A stretch of DNA of 64,000 nucleotides from Ruditapes philippinarum (Eukaryota). Below, piece by piece: positions 39,374 to 54,497 of the stretch (position 1 is its first letter; every line of letters starts with the position of its first letter). The DNA is taken from the NCBI RefSeq assembly GCF_026571515.1, contig NW_026855183.1, positions 372,001 to 436,000 on the forward strand. Direction: 5' to 3'. A program made the position numbers and the translations under genes. The notes beneath the pieces are model-generated. The model was not told the DNA's origin, did no database searches, and worked only from the letters and a program-made list of their open reading frames with translations.

Positions 39374-42300
39374 TGTGGATATTTACGATGAAAGTTTCTT
39401 TATTCTTTCGATAAACAACCTTTTCAATTATCAGAAGTTACTACTATCAAATATTATTTGTGCCAATATTGGATTGATAATATTTACAAAGAGTAAAGGT
39501 GATTTGACGTATATTTCAAATAATTTCGAATAACAGTTAAGATGTTGGTTTGTTAAATAGTTAGTCCATATGAAGTATACACCGGCTTTTAAACGACAAA
39601 AACAATATTTTAAAACCAGGTTAGGAAATATATGATATTTGATATTACAGTCAGTTCGTAGTCGCATTTTTAGAGATAATTTTGTTTAAAAGGCTTATAT
39701 AAATTTCTGATAATTCCTTTTAGTTTTCAAAGTTTGAGATAGAAATATAAAACATATATTTTAAAAAACTGTGGAAACGTACTGACAACAATTCGTATTT
39801 ATATGTTATAAAATCAAATATATAGAATAAATTTGACTACCTTTAACTTTATCATATAGTGCGACTGTTAATGAAAGCGTATATATAAATATCTAGACGA
39901 CTCGTTTACTTCACTGAATAATTGCCAAAAAGGCACACAATTTTATAGATAGCCTTATGTCAATCAAGGATGCTTTTTTTGCTTTTCTTAAATTGTTTCT
40001 CAAACCTTTGATAAAGAAATACAACGTTAACGAAAAAATTAAATTTTCTATAAACATGTCACCATTTCAATAACAACTACTGTTAAAATTGGACGTCAAA
40101 AATATAAAAAGTATCAGTTGTATCAAAACTGTTTTATTTGAACGTTTGGTTTATTTGTCCGACCATTACGCTTGAACTTGACTATAAAATATCAAATTTC
40201 ATTTAACCTAAGAATTGAAATGAAGATTCAAAACCTTTTTGTTGAACCTTTCTATATGTTCATTAACATTCAATGACTGGTTTGTGTATATTCGAATATG
40301 AAAAGTTTGATAAAATATTGGGCACCCGACTGTTCTTTACTATTATATGGATAAAAATGAAAATAATTAAATAACAAATTTAACACAGGTTTTAGAACTT
40401 GAACAAATTAATGTACAATTGATAGAGTCACTTTGAGCCCAGACACCCGAAGATTTCCTTTAAAAACATTTTTATTTCATGTTTTATTTACATGCTGAGG
40501 GAATTTTTGTTATCAAACTAGCTACGATAACATTTATTCATATGCGTATTTATTTTAAAGAATGATTTGGTCTTGCAACTTTTGAGACATTTGTCAATCT
40601 CAACACCCAAAATGTTGTATGTCTACACATTTCTTTTTTCCAAATTTCTAATTTCGCCAATCTAATATCATAATAGCCATCTTACATGCCATGTAAATCT
40701 TTTAAAAATTGAAGTTTTAAAGTCATCATTTTTGTTTTATTTATTTTTTGTGTTGTTGTTGTTGTTGTTGTTTTCATACACCCATTGATAATGGTAAGCA
40801 GAATGTTGCAATTACTTAGCTAATGTTAACCATTCCTCAACCATCATGATTTTTTTATGTAATCTTGTTTTGTTTAATTAATATTATATGAAAAACTATT
40901 TGCGGCTCAATTCATTTTATCTCGAACTATTCATTTATGTTTCAAACGAAAACATTTACTTCAGAGAAATGTTTAACTACGCATGTTTTAGTTTGACTCA
41001 GGAACATTATCCATTGAGCCATTGACGTGCATCATGATTGTAGTGTAAATATATCTAATGCCTTAACCTGCTCGGAACTTGCGGTATACGATGTTTTTTT
41101 TTAAGAATTAGAACAGGAAATAAACCAGTATGTCCGTGTAGATTGCGACGATTGTCCTTACCTTTTTATTATTTTATATTTTTTATTATTATCTTTTATT
41201 CATTTATTTTATTGTATTATTATTTTTTTGGCGATGTGACAATTAAAAGGTTTCAATTTTTCTGGATTTAAGCCATCTCATTCCAGTGCTGTCAAATAAA
41301 GTTTAGAAGAAAAAAAACATGTTTTGCTACTTTTTTCTGTAAGTTTCACATAGTCACATGATACAACATTATAACAGGATGTTCTTAAATTAAATGACAG
41401 TTTATGTTGAAAAGAATATGTATAAATTGTTCCACAGAATAGGAAATAGAATTTAATGTAAAAAGAATGACATACCACTAAAAGTCTTATCAAGGAATTA
41501 AATATTAAATACGAGTACAACCATTTCTATAATTATCATTTTCTCATGGTTTCATGCAGTGAAAGTATCATTGAAGTTCCATTATGCCTAAGAAATGCTA
41601 TCATTTTTCGTTTTCAAAAACTCTTTTATTTTTTAGCATCTTATTACTGTTTCCAAAAAATACTCATTTACAATATACATAAACTATTTTTGCTGATTTT
41701 GTTATGTTGGCAATTGCTATTATTATAGTGAATTCGTATTGTGTAATGAAGTCAAAATACTAATTTGTTTACATTTTTGCTACTTTTACTACACATTGCT
41801 GCATATTCAGTACTATTTCTTCAGCTGTTGAAAATCTAACATGCTCTTAATCCATTATCAAAAAACAATTATCAAAACATCATTTAACACAAGTTTGACA
41901 TTTCTCAAGATTAAAAACAATATTTATGAGGCATAATGGCCTCTTAAAGAATTATACAACAACAAGGGAAGTAACTTCTAACGTCATGTTAAAGGAATAA
42001 CCATCAATTATGTTAAAGGGAGACATCTTAATTTAATATTGTTTTAATACATTGAGTTAAATCATTAAGTATATTTTTGTCTATTTAGAGATACTTATTC
42101 AACCTTGTCAATTATGACAAATGCTGTGAACGGACCGTTCTGTTACTTTACTTTTACTCTAACGATTAATTAAATTATCACGCTACATTTTTGACATTAT
42201 CAAAATCCCACACGGGATATTTTAACTTGATACATGTATGTATGCACTTATTACATAATATCGAAAATGCGCATTCATTAAAGACATTTTGTTAGTTTGA

Positions 42301-43699
42301 ACGTGTCATGCAAAACGTTTCATAATAAGAACAAAAAGACAAAAAGAATCATGGCCATGAGACAAATGAAAAAAAAATGTCATTCACGCGAAGTAAGTTT
42401 AGACGAATTAAAAAAAATGCAATGATTTTGTACGAGATAACGTCATTGGAATGTAATTGCCAACAGCGTGTATGATAGGAAGTATCCGTTTATGGATTTG
42501 AAATAAAAAAACATGATTAGTGCGTATCTAACGGCTGCTTAAATGGTTTATCTAAGATTTCAAGAATTCTAATAGTTTCGGTTTATGTCATGTGTAAACT
42601 TAATACTCGAATTTATCTACTTTTTATGACGCACCTTTACGTAAATGTAAGCTACTCGGTCAAATGCAGATTTGTTTTCAAATAGGATAGGTAGGAATAC
42701 AGAAAACAAAAATAAAGCAATTAACATGGCTCCTTAGTCAGTTTTAGTAGTTCGTCTGTATAAGAGTTTAATAAACACTTTAGTGGCTTTTATGGTGGAA
42801 CCATATATAAAATAAAACTATGCTTAGATATATACTGTTCATTTGTTGACCTAGTTTATTAGTATCTATATGTTCTGGATAAGCCGAGTATGTCTGTTAC
42901 TGACAAGGAAAGAACTATGTATTAAAAGTTGCTTTTAAAGGGCTTATCAACTTAAATAGACAGCTCTAAACGGGCCACAATTGTGTCTAAATATCAACTA
43001 CTGGTACGTATTGAAATACCATTCTCTTACAGAAGACTGTCTTGATTTGAGCTGGTTACCTATTTTACATTTCTAAAAACATATAATCAAACATGTCAAA
43101 GATATCATAAAAATATATGCCTTGAAAAAGTTTAATGTAGACTAGGACAAATATGAAACGTTATGAATTTTATCGCGCTTTTCTATGGATTGAACCTAAT
43201 AAAAAACCTGGATTCTGAGCATGAAAGAGAACAATGTTCTTAAGTATTTGAAACAAGTTTACATCAATTTGACCGTGTCTTGTAGTCTTTACAAGGTTGA
43301 AAGTATTTAAGAGTTTGACCATTTAAGACCATTGATCAATTTTGTACAACCATTGTTTCATTGAAACAAAACCTTTGGCAATCTTAAACATCAATTTTAA
43401 CTTTAAACTTTGGAGAAGTGCTACCCATGTTTTCTTCAGATTTGACACGATGACCAAAGTTTTGAAACAACATAAATTCATAAATAAGGAGGGTTAATGA
43501 GGTTGTCCTTTCATGCCTTAATGATTTGTTGAGCAAGTATAACCTATGATCTAAGTTGGCAGACAAACATTCTTATTAATCTTTCCCTATGGACTTTAAG
43601 CATTCATGACTTATATCTATATCTAACATTTTTGTTATTATATTTGTTTGGTAAACCAAAACAATCAAAGTCATATGGCGCCGAAACAGGAAAGAATAT

Positions 43700-45015
43700 C
43701 AATCTCGGGTTATAGGAATGGCCTCCGTCTGTCAGTCTGTCCGCACTCACAGGACAGTAATTATGTGGCTAGAGGGACAATAGGTAACTGTTCTTTCTCT
43801 TTGATGTCATTCATTCCGTAATGCGTTTATGTGGCTATTTTCTTTTGTGTGGCTAAAAAAACAATAGAGAGAACAATAGAGTAACCACATAATTACTGTC
43901 TTGTGAGGACGTCCGTCCATCTGTAACTTGAGTAACTTGACACAAGTGATCACCATAATGAGACAATGTGCAGAGCGCAATTATTGGGTTGCTAACCCCA
44001 AGGTCAAGGTCACACTTAAATATCAAATGTCTTCATTTCATAATAAAAAGTCTACATTTCGTGTCCGCTCCAAAACTTTTAAACCGCTAAAAAAATGAAA
44101 TTACTTGGCACAAGTGATCACCATAATGAGACGATATTCAGAGCGCAATAATTGGGTTGCTACCCCAAGGTCAAGGTCACACTTTAAGGTCAAATGTTAA
44201 AAAGTCTTCATTTCATAATAAAAAGTTTACATTTTGTGTCCGCTCCATAACTTTTAACCGCTGAATTTTTTTTTGAAATAACTTGGCACAACTGATCACA
44301 ATTATGAGACGACGTGCAGAGTAATTTGGTTGTCACCCCAAGGTTAAGGTCACACTTAAAGGTCAAATGTATAAAAGTCTACATTGCATGTCCTTACTAT
44401 AACTTTTAAACCGCTGATTTTTTTTAAATTTTTAAATAGCTTGGCACAAGTGATCACCATTATGAGACAGAGCGCAATAATTGAATTGCTACCCCCAAAG
44501 TCAAGGTCACACTTACAGGTCAAATGTTAGAAAGTCTACATTTCGTGTCTGTCCATAACATTTAAACCGCTGCAATTTTTTTTTTAAAGATAACTGGACA
44601 GAAATAATCACCATTATGACACCATTGGCAGAGCACAATAATCAAGTCAAAACCCTGAAGGTCAGGGTCACACTCAAAGGTCTTATGTAAAAATATCTTT
44701 TTTAATGTCCGCTCTTTAACTTCTTGACAATTCAAAGGTTTTAAAATGACTTGGCAAAAATGATCCCGACCATGACACAATCTGCAGAGCTCAATATCCA
44801 GGTTGGTATTCCGAAGGTCAAGGTTATATGTTCTCCATAACTTATTGACTTTATAGAAGATTTTAAATAACTTGGCGCAAATAACCACCATCGAGAGATT
44901 ATGTGCTTATGGTATGCATGATACAACATCAAGGTCATGGTTGGTAAAAGGTCAAGAGTACACATGCATGTTCACTGTGGAATGGGATTTAGCTATCCTT
45001 CAGACTGCCTTGTTT
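43700..45015 (-). mobile_element. Non-autonomous Helentron/HINE-like element with a ~155-178 bp tandem array
   Basis: (CCGT/CTGT) microsatellite at ~43725 and ~43910; monomers aacttggcacaagtgatcaccataatgagac...caaggtcaaggtcacac at ~43934, 44102, 44280, 44438, 44592, 44748 and 44869; ends cttgttt (AAACAAG on the minus strand). Absent from duplicate unit 2. Confidence 0.75.
43746..43907. mobile_element. 162-bp MITE nested in the HINE microsatellite
   Basis: 26-bp TIRs: ctcacaggacagtaattatgtggcta / taaccacataattactgtcttgtgag (2 mismatches). Confidence 0.75.
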
Positions 45016-45759
45016 GACTTACCTTAGATGTTACAAATTAAAGCAACATAACGGGTCTAAACAACCTACCTGTTGCAGCTAAGAGATGCATAGACTCAAG
45101 TGATTCGAACTGAACTCATTTACTCGCCCCTTACGATCACGTAGGGATACACTAAGGAAAACCCTAAGCCATAAGGGCGGGTGTTAATTTACTAAGACAA
45201 ATATTCATAGAAAGTTGTCAACAATGTGATCTTTAGAGAGGTCACATGATATTTATTTTATTTGACATTGTGAACTCGAGAAACATTCTAACCATTTTTT
45301 GAACAAGAACGTGTTACCTCTTTGAGTGTTCACTGGCTTCGCCTGAGATGTGCTCGAAATAACAGCAATTTATATCTTTTGACCCCATAAAGTCGAGACA
45401 ATACTGTTATGTGGTTGTATCATGACCTGGATGAGACCGACCGCCCCGATCATTTTCTGTAGTAAGAGCAAACACGAGAAAAAAAGAATTAAAATCTTAA
45501 ACACTTACTTGAATATGCTCTAGACAAAACTATTTCTAAATTGAAGGCTTAATTCCCAGGACCCTTTTATCTATGCCCAATTTTTTTTCTGTAAAATATT
45601 TCTCAATTTCCAACATGTGAAATGTTATTGTCAAGTGATTTGTGTCAATGGTATCTGGCAGCGGAGAAGCAGAGTCTAATATGATTTTGAAAACGGATGA
45701 TTCATTGCGGAATGTCACAATTTATTTTGCTAGTTGTAAGTAAAATATAAGTACATAAT

Positions 45760-46160
45760 GAACACTCACTTACACCAGTTTTACACTTGAGGGCCCATTC
45801 CAAATGTTTTACTTTGTTGCAAATCATTTTTGCATCGGACAAAACGCATCGGCGTGAGAGCGGTTGCATTGCATTGTAATAAAACATCTGAATTTTTCGA
45901 TCTTTCAACTATGAAACAAGTTCATTTAAAGAAATTAAAATACAATTTATCTTTCAAAGTTTTTTCTTTATTTTTCATTTGAGATGATGTCGACATAGTC
46001 CTGACTCCAAACGGTTCTGGTGCTTTTAATCCCTTTTCATCTATGTTAAAAATCAGATTATGGGCTACATTGTTGATCCTTTGACTATTTTGAAGATTTC
46101 ACAATGTTTAATCGGGATATTGCTAATTAATTTTCAAATTATTTTGATAAACCATTATGA
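45760..46160 (-). mobile_element. Possible decayed pogo/Tigger-type DDE transposase remnant
   Basis: The minus strand reads ...HNLIFNIDEKG (~46060-46030), resembling the first-Asp motif of DDE_1 transposases. It is surrounded by stops and rests on a single motif. Confidence 0.25.
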
Positions 46161-47556
46161 GCGCGTCAGTACTGTCTATATATAAATAATACACGTTGTG
46201 TCACATTCCTGGCTCAGCTTTCCCTATGTTACGTCCCAATCGTATCGTCCTGTCAACGTATAAAACGAGAAATTGTATGGAAGTTATTATATTTCCGTTT
46301 GGTAACGTTTCCCATTTAATGTCAATATTCACAACTGAACAGATCTAAACGGACATTTATAAAGGTTATTCGCCCCTTCTGAATATATACTGTTCCTTCG
46401 CAGCCATTTTATGCGTGCGTAAAACCTCGCTTGTGTTTAAAGTAACAGTTATACATAAACGAACTGTGCATTGTTATCATAACGCAATTTGAAAACAAAA
46501 TAAGCGCGTGATACCTATGATATCACACTATGTGCTATTTCCAATAAAGCATGTTTCTGGTATTTAACAGCTGAAGAGTACCAAAGATTATTCACCATAT
46601 AAATAATAAAATTTGGCCGAAAAGTTTTCATGAGATATGTTCTGTGTGAATATGTACTGACAAATTATAAGTCATTACATGTAAAAAATATGATGCAATT
46701 AAAATAACATATACATGTAACAGTCGTTATTTTGTAATCCTAATTTCACTTTACAATATCAAATTCAATTTCACTGATGTAAATTAGTTATTCAGATAAA
46801 ATAAGGTAGTCACATGTAGATTGATAGGTTGGTCTAATGGAACAGCAATGGAATAGAATGAACGGATTAAGTGTAATCAAGTATAACATCAAAAGAATTA
46901 TTCGTTATATTTTTATGTTAAATACAAATGTATATCAATCAATTTAGATAAAAACTAGTTTTAGTTCTCAAATCAACAGTTAATCTATAGAATAAAAAGT
47001 AGAAAATATTTACATTTCTACTATCTAAACTTTTTATTTTTTACAATGGAAAGAGTCACTTATAAAGTTTATTTAATTGTAAAAAATATGTTTTTTTATA
47101 CGCAAACCTGTAATCTGTATTATGATTATTCAAGTAATGTATCACTGATTTCTGTGTAATAAATAATTCATAAACAGTATAATAATAAATTTTATATTTT
47201 TACTATTGTTGTCATTATTATCATTATTATTATTATTATCATTATTATTATCAAATTTTAAGTATGATAATGCCAATTATAATTTCTACGTTAATATTGC
47301 CAAAAACAACGAACCGAAGGGAAATTTTACCATGTTATTGTTCGTTATCAATATTACACAATATTTTGATGGAATGGGTCTTACAGATAGGTAGATTTTG
47401 TGAAACTTATCTTTAGTATGCGGATGACTCGGGCATTTTCCAAACAAGGAAGATTGATTTATTTCACCGCTCTTAAAATAGTTTCAGTACATTTTTCTCA
47501 CTAAAATATTTACTAAATAATAATTGCAAACGTTACACTGTATTTGACGCCTGGAC

Positions 47557-50009
47557 ATGGAATGTTTTTGGATTGTTTTAGTCATATTCTTTTACGGTAT
47601 GTACACCCTATTTATGTATCATTTAGATAACAATTTCTATACTCTGTATTCTCCATTAATGGAATTATTATGAAACATGTTTTTCTTTCTTACAGCAAAT
47701 ATATAATGTAAAAATGACAAAAACATACAAGACATTTTACACAGCACAACGTATGATATTTTAAAACTGTTTTCTTCATAAAGCGATATTTAATATATCC
47801 ATAAAACAGGAATCATAAATATTTCGTCATTAATTTGTATTTCGAAAATTGTATTTGAATAGAAATTATGGCAGTGGGGTTTCATTGTTAAAACGAACGG
47901 AAAACTTATGAATGAATTTAATTTTTTGGTATATATTAATGAATAAAATAGCAATATCATTTGTTATCAATCAGTTCCATAGTAAATTTTAAGTAATAAA
48001 TTATAACAACTTACTATAAAATACTTTCCATACTCAATCTTTGTATATTTATTAATCTTATCTTTTTGATTTATTATTTTTATTTCATTTTATTTTCTAC
48101 TTGTTTTCTCTTTTTTCTACTTCTTATTTTGATGATTTTAAGTATTTTTAAAAAATGAATTTAAATGAAGTGGAAGAAAAATCATCAGTGGAAAGCAATT
48201 TAACCAAATCTTTTTTTTTCTATTTTCTTTTCAGATAAGGTCAAGGCAGAGACTGATCCATGCTCAACATATCAAAATGTATCGGACACAGATCTCCAGA
48301 ATGATTTTGCTAATAAAATGTGTTTTCCAAACTCTCCTGTACCAACCTGGTACAGGTTCACAAGTAACGCGGCTGGTACGATGCATACAGATTGTAAATC
48401 TGCATCAACTTGTGGAGGGTCCGGCCAGGTTTGGATAGATGGTAATATACCATGTTAATTTATGTCATTTTCAAAGGCACAATTATCCACATGAAAGAAT
48501 ATGCTATTTCCTCTGTGAAATAATGTTTTATAACTTTCGATTATTTTTGTTATGAAAATAAAGTTGTGATGAATTTGTAAGAATTTGTTGTACACGTAAC
48601 AAAGCTAAAACAAGTGGCATTGTGTCTTCGTCACTATAATTTTTCTCAAAACAAAATATTTCTGCCCAATAAAGCCATATTCTGAAAACTGCCAGAACGC
48701 AAAATAGAAACTATATCATTTTCGAAACTAAATATGATATATATAGTTATATACTTTTAAAGATCAACAAAAGTGAGATAAGGTTTCAGATACGAGAATT
48801 ATTTTCCAACCTTTCTAATCTTTAAGTTTATTTGACATATTTTCCATCCAACTTGAATATATTCCATTTTATAATTACAGGCACTCTTCCAACATACAAT
48901 GATGGGACGACTCACGTAGCAATCTGCATAAAAATGGGTTCTTGTTGTAATCAGAGAAATATGATAGCAGTTAGAAACTGTAATATACTTTCTTTGTTTT
49001 TGAACTGAGAAGGTTGGCTAGTTGTGACATACGATATTGCTTCAGTACGTCTTTTATTACCTTAGCGACAATTCATTGTCATAATTATAACTTTGATCGA
49101 TGCAAAAAAGAATATGAAAATGAATAAGAGTAAGAAACATCTATCGTTTATATCTTAACTATTTTAATTTATTGCACAAAATACCAGCCTATTGATAGAA
49201 TCAAGTTAAACCCAAGTTTTAGAATTGAATTTCACAAGTTTACATGGGTGATGATGTGATGAATCATGCACTTCTATTGTAACATTACTTTTGTGATAAT
49301 AATTTTCTAGTTAAAAACGATGTTCCTCTTGTAACCATTTTAATAACAACTAGTACATTATCTTCAACAGAATCTACATCAACAAGTTATACAACTGCAA
49401 TGAAATCTACAATTTCCCCAGCCTTTGCCCCATCAACAAGTAACAAAACCACCAGAAAACCAACAACTTCAATTTCAACCAAAATGTTTACAGTTTCCAC
49501 ACCCGTTACCATATCTAAACCCACTTCATCACTGGACAACATCAACATTTATAACATCGCTAACCACCACTTTCTACTAAAGCTTCAATATCTTCTAGGC
49601 TATTGAGTAGTATACGACCTACAACCATTCCCTCTATGACAATCAACATACAAGTAACAACGCTTGTAATTGCTATATGTGCAAGTATTGGAACCCTAAA
49701 TTTAGTTACAGTCATTTTTATAGTTTTATTTAGAGTATACAGGTAATCCTGCAATTACCCTTTTTTATAATAAAAAACTTTATTTTAACAAGCAACATTA
49801 TGCCTTTGACCATTTACCAAGTATAAAACTAATCAAAATTTATTTTCATCAGTTTCTTTTGTTTGAATCACGTGTAAATGATGGCAGTTAAATTGATTTA
49901 TCCTGCACTGGAGTTTTTAAGAGATATATTTTATTCGTTGTATCTTCTTTGATTTGTTAATGCTTTTTCTAGATCAAAACTTCAGCAGATTCGACCTGAT
50001 GATCATTAG
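47557..50009 (+). pseudogene. D8C/D10C-mucin-TM paralogue B (frameshifted in this assembly)
   Basis: Exons 47557-47596, 48235-48441 (DPCSTYQNVS..WYRF..CGGSGQVWID), 48881-49044 (2-nt insertion at ~48985 relative to paralogue C gives an early TGA), 49311-49742 (frame breaks at ~49535-49565 before the TM) and 49973-50009. Confidence 0.75.
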
Positions 50010-51405
50010 TCTCTACCAGAATGTCATGACATGGCAAGAAATGTAAAATTTGATGCAGGGCATTTACAGTCAAGAACTCACATTTCAGCATAATGAGATC
50101 GAAAAAAGAACCGATACGATGTAGGCAATAAATATTATTCTTATATCTTACAATTACCAAAATGTTTGTGTAAATTGTGAAAAGGAGAGTAGTATTCTGA
50201 CTTACAAATTTGTAATACATTGTAAGAACATTTAGGTGTAAAAAGATACTTATCGACAGAGAACAAAATGACCATATCAATATAACAGAAAAGAATTGTG
50301 TTATTAAAAGAATTGTGTTTAACAGAGTATTGTTATGAATATTCCATTAGAAACACTTTATCATAACTCATCTTTTCAACAATTAATGACACTGTGAGTT
50401 TGTGAAATGTTCTTCATTCATCTGGTAGGATTTGACAGCATTTATCTATTGTTATAAACTATTGTCTTTGTCTTATGTCTCAAATTGTATTTTTGTTTAC
50501 ATTTTACTACTTTTACATCACATTACTGTACGTCTACACTACTTCTTCAGTTGTTTGAAAATATAACATGCTCTTAATGCTCTTAAATTATTAAAACGTT
50601 ATTAAACAAGGATTAAAAACAATATGGATTTTTCCAGGCATATTGTGCCTTTAAAAGAATTATACAACAAGAAGGAAAGTAACTTCTAATGTCATGTTAA
50701 AGGAGGAACCATCAATTTTGTTTTAAAGGGAGAAAATCTTATTCAATTTCGCTTTAAGACATTGAGTTAATTGATTTAAGTTTATTTTTGTCTATTTAGA
50801 GATGTATTCAACCTTATCATTTATGACAAATGCTGTGAACGAACAATTCTGCTACCTTAATATAACACTAACGATTTATTTAATTGATTATCATGTTATA
50901 CCTTTGACATTATCAAAATCCCACACGGAATTACTTAAACTTTATATCTATAATTTATATCTATAATGTATTAACAAATTACATAATATCGAAGAAGCGC
51001 ATTCATTTTAAGGCATTTTATTACTTTGAACTTCAAACCGTTTTATAAAAAGAACAAAAGAACCATGGCCATGAGACAAAAGTAAAAAAATTTCATTCAC
51101 ACGAAGTAAATTTAGACGAATTTAAAAGAAATGCAATAATATTGAACAAGATAACACCATTGGAATGTAATTGTTGACAGCATGTATGATAAGAAGTATC
51201 CGTTTATGGATTTAAAATAAAAAACACAATGATTTGTGCGTATCTAAAAACATGCCTAAATAGTTTTGATCTAAGATTTCAAGAATTCTAATAGTTTTCG
51301 GTTTATGTCATGTGTATACTAAATACTTGAATTTATCTCACTCTTTATAATGCACGTTATAACGCACTTTCCGTAACTGTAAGCCATTCGGTCAAGTGCA
51401 GATTT

Positions 51406-51531
51406 GCTTTCAAAAGGATAGCCGGAATAGCTTTCAAATAGGATAGGCCGGAATAGCTTTCAAATAGGATAGGCCGGAATAGCTTTCAAATAGGATAGCC
51501 GAATAGCTTTCAAATAGGATAGGCCGGAATA
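51406..51531 (+). repeat. Minisatellite, five copies of ~26 bp (gctttcaaataggataggccggaata)
   Basis: Directly visible; the homologous site in unit 1 (~42674-42700) has a single copy. Confidence 0.9.
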
Positions 51532-53079
51532 CAGAAAAAGAAAAATAAAGCAATGGACATGACTCCTTAGTCAGTTTAAGCAGTTCGTCTTGTCTAAGAT
51601 TTTAATAAACACTTAATGGCTTTTATGGTAGAACGATAGGTTAACAAACTATCATTTGATGCTGTCCGTTCAGTTTCCTAGTTTGATAAGTATCTAAATT
51701 TTCGGAAAATGACGGGCATGTCTGTTACTAACATGGAAAAATATATTTATTAAAAGTTGCGTTATAAGGGCTCATCAACTTAAATAGAGAGAACTTTGAA
51801 CGTGCCACAATTGAGTCTAATTATCTATTCTTACTAAAATATTCATTCTCTATAGACGAATTTCTTAATTTGAGCTGGTTCCTATATTAGATCCCTAATA
51901 ACCAACAGTCAAACATGTCCATGATAACATCAAAATCGAAAATTTTTAATGTAGATCAAAACATAAAGGAAACATTTAGAACTTTAACACTCTTTTCTAT
52001 GGATGGAACCTACTCGTAAAACCTTGTTTTTCTTAATATGAAAGAAAACAACAATCTTAAATTCATGTATTTGAATACGGTTTACATCAATTTGACGTGT
52101 GACCTACTTTTTGTCTCAAGAAAATCTACTTTTGAACTTTAGCTCAATTTCATCAAGAAAGACACTTTGAGAAAGTTTCGTTGAGAATTGTTAAAATATG
52201 TTTAATCTTAATATTTTCGAATTTTGACCCTAGACCATGACACTTAAAAATACTGTAAGCGATCAATATTTATACATGTATATGAATTACTCTTATAATT
52301 TATATTAAAGGTTATGTCTTTAGCTTTATCTTATTCTCTACTTTGATCTACTTCTATCATTGATCAATTTTGTCCAACCATTGTTTCATTGAAACTAAAC
52401 CTTTGGCAATCTTTAACATCAAATTTTATCTATAAACAACTTTGGAGGAGTGTTATCTATGTTCTCTTCAGATTTGATACGAAATATGACAAGCTTTAAA
52501 AACAACAACAAATCTTAAACATACGTGTAGTATCAAGAGGATTAACAAGGTTGTCCTTTAGTATCACAATGTGACTTATTTCTTTCGCAAACGTGACACG
52601 TGCTCTAAGTTGTCAAATATATTATTACGAAAAATATGCTTCACTCTAAAGCGTTAACAAGCTTTTCCTATGGACTATATTCTCGACAAAACTGTCTCTA
52701 AAATGTTAACAAGCTTTTCTTATGGAATATTATCTCGATAAAAATGCAGAACCCCAATATCAATGCCCACATCTTCGTATCTTTAAAATAGTTTTCAATA
52801 TCTATACTGTGTAATGATATTGCTTATTGATTTGTGTCAGTGTTATATTTACGGGAACAGTTAAACATGAGTCAACTTTGCTTTTTTTTGCATAATGTAC
52901 ATTTATTAAAAAATAATCGTGCGATACCATAAATATCGCACTATGTGTTATAAACAATAAAACATGTTAGTATTAGTGTTAGTATCTAACAACTGAAAAG
53001 CATCAAAGACAACTCCTGAAAACATGCGACAAAACAGGAATGTACATTGGCCGAAGATTGTCACAAGGTATTCCGTGTG

Positions 53080-54497
53080 ACCTCCTTTTAGACCATCTAT
53101 GACCCCAGGGCTAAAACAAATCAAAATATTCTCCTCTAGAGGGTTTAAACCCCAAAGTGGGAAAACGGGGGCCCTTTTTGGTTATTGAAAAACAAAACGG
53201 GGCAACAATTTTAAAATTTTGTCGCCCTAAAACTTTTCAAAATTTTAAAATTTTAAATTTTAAAAAAAGAAAAATAAGTAAATAAATCAAGAATAAAATT
53301 TATTTACTATGGGAAATTTAAAAGGGAAAGGGTTTTTGCACAAACTGTTTCTCACGAAACCTAGGATGTAATTAAAATTTCGATGATATGTAATTTTTTT
53401 TCCGGGGAAAAAAACCGTTTTTTTTTGGGTAGATTTTTTTTAAATTTTTAAATTTAAAAGCCCTTTTTTAGGGACAATATTAAACATGAAAAAAATCCCA
53501 CTTCAAAAATCAAAATCCCGGTAAAGCCCCCCCTGGAAAATAAGTGAGAGTAATACTTGAAATTCGCAAAACATTTATAATTGGTTTTTCATTCACTTTA
53601 AGCACGACTCACAGGACGATATCTTTTTTGCAAGGATGATAAGAGTCTAAAAAAAACCTGTGAGATCCTATCTGAGTCTGTTATAGTTTTACAGAAAATA
53701 TGCATATACATGTATGCTACAGAAGAAAAAAGAAGAAAAACATAATTATTTAGTGACTTTTGATAATGTATATAGTACAAACAAATATAAAACAAATACA
53801 AAACAAACACATCGCCGGGCCCCATTGACCTATAAGTCACTGTTTTTAATAAACATAGACAATATATATAAGCTACTCTTTACTACAGAGATTCAGTTTC
53901 GCTCCTTTTCATATAGACAATCTAAAATTTGTCTGGAGTGCAATATTGTATTATTTCATTAGCTAGCTTGATAGCATTCTTACAAAATAAGATTTTGATT
54001 CGAACAGACAGCGTAATGGAGGAAATCTGTGTATTTCAATGGCCTTAACAACTCGGTGAGGAAAGCACAAAAATATGTCATTTAATAGTTATAATAAAAA
54101 TGTAAATATCAACATGATTTAACTTTATTTTATATAGAAAAATGTTATTTTATTTCAGAAATTCAGTAGGCCAATGCCCATAAGAACATACATGTACAGA
54201 TAGATATATAAACAATAAACAGCAAATCACGGGTCACAAAACAAGAATTGATATCTGCGTTGAAATAAATCAAGTAAAGGATTATTTCATTTGAATATGT
54301 TTGCATTGCGAAATTCTCCAGTTGCTATTCATTGTTCGCGACAATTCATTTTTGATAATCAAATGCCCTCATACAAATCGGAATGATCGGCTATTATGAC
54401 CGACGAAAAGGCCCGAGAATTTGCTGTCGCCCTTTCACAAAATCTGATTTCATTCCATAAGGGCGTCGCGCTTCGGCGCGGACGCAAAACAAACACA
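53080..54497 (+). mobile_element. Unit-2-specific insertion ending in a GC-rich hairpin (probable Helitron/Helentron-type element or composite)
   Basis: Interrupts homology to ~46630-46640; ends gcgtcgcgcTTCGgcgcggacgc followed by aaaacaaac; the 5' part is garbled. Confidence 0.45.

Noticed and set aside
51406-51531. 26-bp direct repeats as a CRISPR array
   Set aside because: No spacers, no cas genes, eukaryotic context; this is a minisatellite.
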